Assembly: GCA_000388065.2 (NCBI GenBank)
Contig: KB932210.1
Length of the DNA stretch: 30,939 nt
Strand: one strand, 5' to 3'
DNA from: Fonticula alba ATCC 38817
Lineage: Eukaryota > Protista > Nucleariida
Shown here: in pieces, positions 1 through 9,500 of the stretch
Layout: the number at the start of each line of letters is the position of its first letter
Position numbering within the stretch: the stretch's first letter is position 1
Position numbers and translations under genes: made by a program
The notes under the pieces: generated by a model
Databases searched by the model: none
What the model saw: the letters and a program-made list of their open reading frames with translations, nothing else
What the model was told of the DNA's origin: nothing

Positions 1-120
1 CCCCCCCCCACCCTCTCGCACTCACTCAATCACACCCACCCAATTGCCCCATGGCACAGGAAACGCCGCGTCCCCCGCTCAAGGCGACCCGGCAGCCCCG
101 GCATCCGGCCGCCCTCCAGC

Positions 121-2505
121 ATGGCGCTGCCCATGCGCACCCGACCCAACCAACGGCCGCCCCCCACGCCGCTGGCCGACATCGTGCCACTGCTCCTGGC
201 GCCGGAGTCGCTCCTGAGCAAGCACCAGCTCTTCCGGTACCGCGCCGCGGCCAGCCCCCTGGCCATGGGGCTCCTTTCGACCGGGCCCAACCCCTTCTGG
301 CCGCTGCTGCCGATCGACCTGCGCCGGCCCATGATGTGGCAGCTGGTCCAGGCCAGCATCCAAAGCCGGATATCCACCATGACCCTGCAGCGCCAGCGCC
401 CGCAGCCCCTGTCCCTCACCACCCGGCGCTGGTCCAACACCCTCCTGGGGCAGGCCCTCCTCCGGCACTATGTCGAAGAGCACCCGAGCCTGATGACCCA
501 CTCGCCCAATCAGATTGGCAGCTTCCACCGGCGCCGGCACATCCGCATGATGGCCCGGCTCATTCGCGACGCCTCGGCCTCGGTCAACCTGCTGATGATG
601 AAGTCCCAGCCGGCCTACCTGAACCGCATGAATGTCACCCCCAGCGAGTACCAGGTCCTGGTGCGCGCGGCCCAGGACAGCGGCTTCTCCGAGCCGGTCA
701 GCTCCATGGCCCGGCGCTTTTACCTCCCGGCCACGTCCATCCTCCAGGCCCTGAAGCACGCCTTCCCCGCCTACAAGTACATCAATCGCCAGTGGAACTT
801 GCCCTTCGAGATCCGCAGCCAAATCCTGCTCATGGCCCGGCACTCCCTGCGCCTGGTCAGCCTGGAAGACATCGGCACCCGCCTCGGCCTGCCGACCAAG
901 GTGGTGGGCGAGCTGCTGCTGTGGTACCTGCCCGGCACGCCGCTCCTCCACTTCAGCCGCGAGACCGTCAACTTCACCCGGCGCCCGGTGTCCGACATGA
1001 GCCAGGCCTTTGCCACCTTCCTGTCGCTGGCCCGGCAGTCGGAATACGGGGCCGCCGAGTCCAATGCGCTGCAGCTGTCCCTCGAGGATGCCTTCCTGGC
1101 CGGGCCGGCATCCTCCCCCGGGGGCAATGGCTCTTCTTCGGCAGGCCCGCGGCCGGCCTCGTGGTCGAATGCCGGCGCCTGCTCGGCGGGCGCTTCGCCG
1201 GCGGACCCGGCCTCGAGCCTGGTCCCGGCGCCGGGCTCCGGCTCCCCCTCGGCCCGCCATCAGAAGGCCCTTTCCCTGCACCTTGCCCGGCGCCGGAAGA
1301 AGGACCCTCGCAAGCATGCCGCCGCCCTGGAGCAGCAGGGGCCGCACCCGGACCACCAGCCGGACACCCCGGCCGGCAGGCTCACCATGCTGGCCAATCG
1401 CGCCGGCATTCCGCTGATCTTCGCCGAGGCCCTGCTGCTGCTGCACCTGCCGGAGCATCCGCTCCTCGAGGGGTCTCCCCTGGCCCGGGTGGCCATCCCG
1501 GTGCATGAGCGCCTCGACCGGTTGGGATCCTCGCACTTGCCGAATCCCGACCACCTGGCCCGGCGATTCCGCCTCTCGCGCAGCATGGCCAATTTGGTCC
1601 TGCTCACATACCTGCCGCTGGTGCCCGGCAACGAGGGGGCCCCCCTGGCGGACCCGGCCGGGCCGGCGCCGGAGCATTCGGACTTCGCCGGCGGGGGGCC
1701 CGGCGGCCCCTCCCCGGGCCGGCGAAGCACCATCGACGACCTGATCCGCGGCAGCGGCGTGCAGGCCATCCAAATTGCCTCGAGGCTCATGCGGCTGCCT
1801 CCCCCCGGGCCGCAGCCCTACGAGGCCGGGACCACCGGCGATCCGGACTTCGGCGCGGACCCCGCCGGCATCGAGGCCATCATGCTCGCCGCCGGGGCCG
1901 ACTCCATGGGCGCCTCCACGGCCCAGGCCGCGGCCCGGGCCGCCAAAGACCTCCGGTCCCGGAAGCGCATCCGGTCCTACGCCCACCCGCAGGATGTCCC
2001 CTCGACCGACCCGCTCTACCACTCGGTCCAGCGGGCCATGCGCCTGCCGTACGACGAGCTGCAGACCCCCACCGAGCGGGCGCTCTTCCTCCTGTGGAAC
2101 CGCAGCGGGGTGTCCCTCTCCCAGCGGGAGATCTCCAACCTGTCGAACCTCTACCCGATGGCCGTGCACCGGCTGGCCAAGCGCTATGCCCCGAACTTCG
2201 AGAGCCCCTACATCTACCGGCTCCCGACCGACCTGATCCGGCGCATTGTCGAGCTCGGGTCGCGCGTCGACGACCAGGGCCGGCGCCTCTTCAGCCTGAC
2301 CGACCTGCAGCTCATCACCAAGGCCGATGTGGCCACCCTGCACTACAACCTCAATCGCTACATCCCGGGCTGGTCGAATCTGCCCCAGCGCTCGCGCAAC
2401 TCCGGCCAGCGCCTGATCGCCGAGCAGGAGCTGTTCAAGGGCGGCCCGGTGCACACCAAGTCCCCGGTGTTGGCCCGGCGCCCGAATGTGGTCATCCGGG
2501 TGTAG
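121..2505 (+). CDS. Intronless 794-aa protein with six HTH-like motifs in three pairs; putative DNA-binding protein
   Basis: Long ORF with ordered-protein composition. HTH-like segments: VSSMARRFYLPATSILQAL (697-753), SLEDIGTRLGLPTKVVGELL (859-918), LTMLANRAGIPLIFAEALL (1381-1437), PDHLARRFRLSRSMANLVL (1546-1602), SQREISNLSNLYPMAVHRLAKRY (2119-2187), SLTDLQLITKADVATLHYNLNRY (2293-2361). The frame is open from base 1 and there is a possible acceptor CAG at 57-59, so the N-terminus may extend upstream of the window. Confidence 0.8.
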   Translation: MALPMRTRPNQRPPPTPLADIVPLLLAPESLLSKHQLFRYRAAASPLAMGLLSTGPNPFWPLLPIDLRRPMMWQLVQASIQSRISTMTLQRQRPQPLSLTTRRWSNTLLGQALLRHYVEEHPSLMTHSPNQIGSFHRRRHIRMMARLIRDASASVNLLMMKSQPAYLNRMNVTPSEYQVLVRAAQDSGFSEPVSSMARRFYLPATSILQALKHAFPAYKYINRQWNLPFEIRSQILLMARHSLRLVSLEDIGTRLGLPTKVVGELLLWYLPGTPLLHFSRETVNFTRRPVSDMSQAFATFLSLARQSEYGAAESNALQLSLEDAFLAGPASSPGGNGSSSAGPRPASWSNAGACSAGASPADPASSLVPAPGSGSPSARHQKALSLHLARRRKKDPRKHAAALEQQGPHPDHQPDTPAGRLTMLANRAGIPLIFAEALLLLHLPEHPLLEGSPLARVAIPVHERLDRLGSSHLPNPDHLARRFRLSRSMANLVLLTYLPLVPGNEGAPLADPAGPAPEHSDFAGGGPGGPSPGRRSTIDDLIRGSGVQAIQIASRLMRLPPPGPQPYEAGTTGDPDFGADPAGIEAIMLAAGADSMGASTAQAAARAAKDLRSRKRIRSYAHPQDVPSTDPLYHSVQRAMRLPYDELQTPTERALFLLWNRSGVSLSQREISNLSNLYPMAVHRLAKRYAPNFESPYIYRLPTDLIRRIVELGSRVDDQGRRLFSLTDLQLITKADVATLHYNLNRYIPGWSNLPQRSRNSGQRLIAEQELFKGGPVHTKSPVLARRPNVVIRV

Positions 2506-2856
2506 GGCTGCCCGCTGGCCCGCCGGCCCGCCGGCCCGGTGCCATGCAACGGTGGACGCCCGGCCGCGAGGCTGCCCCAGGCCCCCCTCCCCATCCTTTT
2601 GCACTTGTGTTTTTATATCCCCCCCCCCCCCTGCCTCCTACCCCCGCGCTGGACGCCGCGGCTCCCCTGCTGCTCGAGGGATGCACCCGCCGACCGCCAT
2701 GCCTATCCTCATTTGTCATTTCCCCCCCCCCCCCCCCTGGCGGCGGCGGCGGCGGCCTGCATCGCCCTCGCCCCGGGGTGCCATGTGCACTCCCCCAATA
2801 GAACATGTAACTCCATGTGTGCCTGTGTGATTTGCCTGCCTCCAGCAACATGTGTC

Positions 2857-2894
2857 GTGTGTGTGTGTGTGTGTGTGCGCGCGCGCGCATGCGT
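2857..2894. repeat. (GT)n-(GC)n alternating purine-pyrimidine tract
   Basis: gtgtgt...gtgcgcgcgcgcgcatgcgt, 38 nt of uninterrupted alternation. Confidence 0.9.
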
Positions 2895-3042
2895 CCGGAC
2901 CGCGACTCGCCCGCTCCCTGCGGGTGCCACCGTCACATCAACCGGGGCACGTTCTTTAAGATGAGGACGCTGCTTCCCGGGGCGGGGCGACGTGCCGGCA
3001 TCCAGACGCCGGACAAATGCCCCTGCCACGGAGCCAGGGAAA

Positions 3043-3108
3043 GGGCACACGCGCGCCGGACGGGCACACGCGCGCCGGACGGGCACACACGCGCCGGATG
3101 GGCACACG
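3043..3108. repeat. 19-bp tandem repeat, about 3.5 copies
   Basis: Unit gggcacacgcgcgccggac at 3043 and 3062, variant at 3081, partial copy at 3100. Confidence 0.9.
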
Positions 3109-3422
3109 AAAGCCCCCGTCCCTGGGCCGCCGGGCCAAAAACAGCGTGGGCGCCAGCGAACGCCCGACCCACCCCCCGGACCTGACCGATGTTCCACCAA
3201 AACCACCACGGAAGGGGGCACAGCACATATGTGTGCGTGCATACGCGCATGGGGGTGCTTGTCATGTATTGCTCCGGACAGGCAGGAGAAAAGGGACAAG
3301 AAGCGAAAGAACAGGAGGGGGGAGAGCCGAGAGGAACAGCTCACCACAGGGGGAGGGGAAAATCACAGGGAAAGAAGGTGAAGGGAGAGGGAGAGGACAA
3401 AGGAAAAGACGCTCGCACACAC

Positions 3423-3460
3423 GGGGGGGGGGGGGGGGGGGCCCGGAAAAAGGCCCCCCC

Positions 3461-3492
<32 letters not shown>

Positions 3493-3512
3493 AAAGGGCC
3501 CCCCCGGTGGGG
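3423..3512. repeat. Duplicated poly-G/ccggaaaa(a/g)ggccccccc unit; G-quadruplex-prone
   Basis: G19-cccggaaaaaggccccccc-G25-cgccggaaaagggcccccccgg. Confidence 0.8.
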
Positions 3513-3572
3513 GAGGACCGGGCCGAGCCGCTCCTCGGTCGGCTTGGCGCCGCCGCCCTCTCCTCCTCCTCC

Positions 3573-6500
3573 TCACGCGGCCACATCGTCATCCTCGTCA
3601 TCCGACAGGGCCACCTTGACGGTGCCCTTGCGCACGGCGGCCAGCAGACGATCGCGGAGCCACGTGCGCGCCGGCAGGGCCGCATCCGGACCGGAGTCCA
3701 CATACGCCTGGAGCTGGGTGTCGGTCTCGGTGAACAGCGCAAACAGGTAGACCAAAGCCCGCTGGGCCATGGCCGCCGTCGGGGAGCTGCCCTTGGCCGA
3801 GGCGGTCACCAGGGCCGGGGCCAGGGTGTGCACGCGCTCCGGCGTCGGGCCGAAGGCCAGCTCGTTCGGGCGAAGCTTGGCCGCCAGGCGCACGGCCCCG
3901 GCCGCCGCCAGGCGCACATCATCATTGTCCGTCTGCTGGAGAACACCGGCCAGCACCGCCAGCAGGTCCTCCGCCAGGGCCCCATGCTCATGGGTCCACA
4001 GCAGCGACACGAAGGCCAGCAACTGGCCGATGGCCTGGGCCACGGCCGCGCCGGCCGGCCGCGACTGCAGCACCCCCATCAGCCCACGCAGGGTCCGATG
4101 CAGCTGCCGGAGCAGGCCCACATCGGCCACCAGCAGCCGCTGCAGCGGCTGGGCCGCCGCCATGGCCGCCGCCTCATCCGCCGCCCCCGGGGCACGCTCG
4201 GCCGCCAGCCGGCCCAGCAGATCCAGGTAGCGCTCAAGCGACTCGCGATTGGCGCCATCATCGACGGCCACCGCGGCCGCCAGCTCCTCCAGATCCTGCA
4301 CCAGCGACGACAGCAGGGCATGGGCCTCCTCCGGGCCCAGGGCCCCGAGCAGGGCGGCCATGCCGTCCACCGCCGCCGTGGCCAGCCCACGACCAGCCCG
4401 ACGATCGGCCACGATCTCCAGCAGCCCGGCGGCCAGGGGCTCATGCACGGCCAGGGCCACCGGGGCCGCCTGCTCGGCCGGCAGCTGGCGCAGGGCCGCC
4501 GCCGCCGCCCGGAACAGGGCCTCCCGCACCGGGGCCACCGGCTGCCGCTGGAGCTGAGCCTGAAGCTCGGTCAGCAGCAACAGCGGCCGGGTGTGGATGA
4601 CGGCCACGGCCCCGACGCTCGGCACGGCCGCCGCCCGAATGGCCGCCGACCCCTCGTCACCCAGCGCACGCAGCAGCGTGGTCTGCAGCTGGGGGATGAA
4701 CGGCCGCAAGGCCGGGCCCAGGTGCTTCAGCATCACATGCAGCGTGCCGAGCACGGCCACACGCACCGACTCCGCCTGCGCGGCCGGGCTCATGTCCGCC
4801 AGCAGGCGAATCAGCGCACCGGCCACCGGCAGGGTCGACGTCCGGAAGGCCTCCGGCCGAGTCAGCCGCAGCAAGTCCGCCAAGGCCAGGGCCGCCTGCT
4901 CGCGCTCCGCCGCATGGCCATTCAGCAGCGCATGCACATACAGCCCGGCCAGGGAGGACGTCCCCCGGGGCAGGTTCAGGGCGGCCACCGTGGCCCCCCC
5001 GGCCGGGGCATTGGCCGCCGCGGCCAGCACCGTCTGCCGGAGAAGATGCACATTGTCCGGGTAGTTGGCCTTCGGGGTGGCCGCCACCAGGGCATCCAGC
5101 CCGGCCAGGGCCGCCCGGGTCACCTCCTCGGCCGGGTCATTGAGACCCCGGCCCAGCAGCCGCACCAGGGCCGAGGCATTGAGCACGGCAATGCCGGCCG
5201 CCCGGCCGGCATCCCCGCCGGCCCCGGACCCGGTGCTCAGCAGCTCGGCCAGCAGATTGTGCGCGAACTCCCGCACCTCCGGCCGGTTATGCTGCACCAG
5301 CGGCCGCAAGTCCGACAGCACCACCCGCAGGGCATCGGACCCGGAATCCAACGAGGCCAACATGGCCCCGGCCGCCGGCAGCAGGGTGCCCCGCTCGGCC
5401 GGGTTGGCCACCACCAGCCCGACAATGCTGTCCAGCACCGCGGACAGATGCTGCGACAGGGCCTGCCCGGCGAAGGGAATCAACTGGCCCAGGATATGGG
5501 CCCCGGCCACGGTCAGCGGGTTGAACAGGCGCTCCATCAACAGCGGGAACACCTGCGGCCCGCGGAGGATGGCCACCTCCTTCAGGCCGCTGAGGGCCGT
5601 CCGCCGGAGGGCCGACTCCGGCTCCAGCGACTCGTCCAGCAGCGGCGCCAGCAGCTGGCTGACGATCTCCTCCAGGCACGCGCCCCCGGTGACATCCACC
5701 AGCCGGGAGAAGGCCCGCGCGGCCACCGTCCGAACTTCCTCGCACGGATCGCACAGGCCCACACGCACGCAGGCCGACAGGTCGTCCAGCACACGCAGCA
5801 GGTGATTGGTCTCCGCCTGGGCCAGGACCTCCTGCAGGGCCAGCGTGGCCCCGAGGCGCGCCTGCTCCGAGGGCACGGCCCCGGCCGCGGTGGCCATGGC
5901 GGCCGCCGCGCCGCCCGACTCCGCCAGCAGGGTGGCACTCAGCACCGGCACCATGGCCTGCAGGATGCGATCGCTGAACTTGTTCACCAGGTCCCCGAGC
6001 CCACGCACACCCAGGTGATTGAGCTCCGGGATGTCCGACGACAGCAGGCCAATCACCTGGCGGATGAGCACCGCCATCAGCTCGCCAAGCATCTGGCTGG
6101 TATTGCGCACCACCGTCTTCCACACGTGCAGCGAGGTGGACCGCACCTGGAAGTGCGTGTCACTATGCAGCAGGTACAGCGACGACATGATGGTGTCCCG
6201 GCGACTGCGGCCCAGCAACTCCAGGATGATGGCCTGGCTTTGGGCCGAGGCAATCCCATCGTTCTCCCCCACCAGCCCGGTGGTTTGGGTCTTGCCCGAG
6301 GCACCGATCGCATGGAAGAGCATGGTCCCCAGCAGGGTGACCGAGGACTGGCGAATGCGCCAGTTCTCGTTGAACAGCCCCTCCTGGAACCGCGGCAGCA
6401 GCAGCTCCGTGGCCGACTCCGAGAAGTTGGTGATCAGCATCTGCCCCGCGCGCATGGCCGTCTCGCGGACCATCTCCGACTCGTCGGCCAGCGCCTGCAG

Positions 6501-9500
6501 CAGCACCGGGATCAATTGGTTCAGGCTGGACTCCAACTGCGTGGTGAAGGTCGACGGCAGGTACACCAGCAAATTCATGTACCCATCGCGCACGTGCGGC
6601 AGCGGCGACCGGGCCTTCTCCAGGATGGCCGGCAGGTGGTGCTCCCGCAGCTGGGCCCCGGTGGGGTCCATGCAGTAGAGCACCTCGGCCAGGCCGTTGG
6701 CCGCGCCCGAGCGCTCCACCGCGCCCAAGCTCGACTGCGACTCCACCGTGGCATACAGCCAGGACAGGAGCCCCGGCATCTGCGGCACCGTGCGCATGGT
6801 GGTGGCCAGCCGCCCGGTGGCCGGGTCGGCGGCCGCCGCCAGGGCGTCCTCCTCGGCCGCGGCCGACGCCGCCTGCTCGTCCACGAAGGCCGTCACCAGG
6901 GTGCCCAACGCGCGGGCCGAAATCTTCCGCACCTCCGGGAAGGGATCCAGCAGGGTCACCCGCAGCCGGGCCTCCAGCTGCGGCACATACGGCAGCAAGT
7001 CCGCCGGGTCCACCAGGGCCGAAATGTTGGTGACAATCTGGCAGGAAATCCGCCGGACGTCGGACGTCGGCTCGGACAGCCCCCGGATCAGCACCGGCAT
7101 CAGCAGCGCCAGCGAGGCCGAATCGATCATGTGCGCAAACACCAGCCCCAGCAGGGCCCGCAGGGCCGGCAGCGTGCCGCGCGCCGGGTCCGCCAGCGCC
7201 GGCAGCAGCAGCGGCGCCAGCGACTGCATCTCCGGATTGGTGATGCAGCTGCTGATGTGCTGCAGGGCCGCGCGCGCCGCCGCGCCCACCTTCTCATGGG
7301 CATCCACCAGCGTGTTGACCAGCGTCGGCACCAGGCTCGGCAGGAAGGACCCCAACGCACGCGGGGCCAATGTCGCCAGCAGGCCCAGCAGCTCGGCCGC
7401 CGAGGCCCGGGTACGCCACTGCCGGTCTTGCAGACCCTCATGCAGCAGCGGCAGCAGCAGCCGCACCGTGGACAGGTGGATCTGCCGCATGCAGGACTCC
7501 GACGCGGCCGACGCCGCCTGCCGGGTGATGGTCTCCGACTGGCCCAGCCCGGCCAGCATGACCGGCAGCAACTTCACCAGGTACGGGTCGAAGGACCGGC
7601 CAAACAGCCGCGACAGGGCCTCCATCAGGAAGAGCCCGGCCTGGCGAGCGCCCGTCGAGGCCTTGGCCCCGCCATGCGACTCCAGCAGGTCCACCACATG
7701 GTAGCGCTTGAGCGCCGGCAGGCCCTGGCCCCGGAGCAGCCCGGCCGCCCCGCATGCCGCACCCCGGCGCATGACATAGCTGTCGGTGGAGAAGAGCTCC
7801 CCCAGCATGCGCTCGGTGTAGGCCACACGCGTGTCGGCCGGCAGGAAGTCCGTCAGCAGGGGCAGGCACTGGGCCACGGCATACTGCACCGGCTCCGACG
7901 GCGTGGCCAGCGTGTTGAGCAGGCGCTCCACCACGGCCACCACCCGGGCCGTGGTATTCCCCTGGCCCAGGTGCACGGTCAAATGGCCGACCATGCTGAC
8001 CACGGCCTCGCGCACGCGGTCCTGCTCGATGGTCCCGGCATCCGGCTCATTCAGCTGCGCATCCAGCGGGCTCATCAGCTGGTCCAGGTACCGGCCACCG
8101 TGCTCGGCAATCAGGGCCGCCATGGCGGCGATGGCCGCCTCGCGCACCCGCGCATGGATGTCCGCAAAGGCCTGGCCCACCATGAAGTGCAGCGTGTCCA
8201 GGCACTCCTCGGCCGAGGCAAAGTGCCGGGCCGACGCCTCGATCGTCTGGGCCAGCGTCACGCGCGCCTCGAAGTGGTCATGCTGCGTGGCCGCCGTGAT
8301 GATCGGCCGGCCGAACTTGTCCAGCTCCGGCACCGAGGCCCGGATGCGAGTGGCAAACTCCTCCAGCAGGTGCTTCAGAGCCCGGGCCGAGATGGCGGTC
8401 GGCGCGCGGCCGGTCGCCGCCCCGCCGGCCGCCTGGTCCAGGGCCGCCCGCACGGCCGCGATGCCGGAAGCCCGGACATCCGCATGCCGCGACACCAGGT
8501 ACCCCAGCAGATGCGGCAGGAAGTCCTCATCCAGCTGGCCCGGGCGGTGGGTCAACGCGGCCGACGCCTCGGCCGCCGCCCGGATGTGCTCCTGGAAGTT
8601 GGTGGCCGTCTGGTCGTGGCGCAGTAGCCACAGGGCATAGGTCAGGCGCTGGTCCAGATCCCGGACCACCGCCTCGGGCCCGGTGCCCGGGCCCGGCGCC
8701 GGCAGGACATTGAACGCCCGGGCCATGGCCAGCCGGGCAATGGCCTCCGGCGAGGCGGCCAGCCCCAGCAGGGTGCCATACTCCAGGGGGCTGACATTGC
8801 CGGCGGCACTCAGCTGCCGGGCCACCACATTCAGCGAGTCCAGCGCCAAGTGCGAGGCATCGGTCCGGCTGTTGAGCACCCCGGCCAGGGCCAGGATCAG
8901 GTCATTGCGCGGCAGCAGCGGATCATCCAGCAGCACCGCATGCAGGCTCACCAAATCCGCCACAATCGACTGCGTGGTGACATAGTCGGCGACGGCCTTG
9001 CGGGCGGCGCGCACGCGCGCCGGCACCGCCTCCCCGCCCTCCTCGGTGGTCTCCTCGGCGGCGGCGGCGGCCGCGGCCGCGGCGGCCGCCTTGGCCTTGG
9101 CACCGCGCAGCGGCTTCAACACCGCCCCGGTCGACGGGTCGGTGTCCATGAAGCCCGGCGTGTCCAGCAGCGCCGTCGTCAGGGCATCCACCGCGGCCGC
9201 CTGCGGGAAGTCCACCACCGCCCGCAGAAGCGGCACGATGAAGGAGAAGGCCGGCCCCGGCAGCGGCCCGGACGTCGACAGCGGATCATACAGGGCCTCC
9301 ATCAGCTCGGCCAGCTGGGCAAAGTCCAGGGCCGAGGCCCCGGCCTCGGCCGGCCGGCAATCCAGGGCCTTGAGCACCGCCGCCGGCAGGTGGTCAATCT
9401 GCCCGAAGGGCGACGGCAGGCACAGCGACAGCCGCATGAAGGTGTCGATGGCCTTGTCGGACAGCGGCCCAAAGGCAATGGCCGGCCGCAGCACCCGGGC

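Noticed and set aside
79-2604. 841-aa - strand ORF and 485-aa +51 ORF overlapping the HTH gene
   Set aside because: Antisense and alternate-frame shadows with composition typical of GC-rich off-frames.
2709-3347. 212-aa - strand ORF with hydrophobic start in the convergent intergenic region
   Set aside because: It starts at a non-ATG codon in a pyrimidine tract and runs through tandem repeats and microsatellites, with no coding signature.
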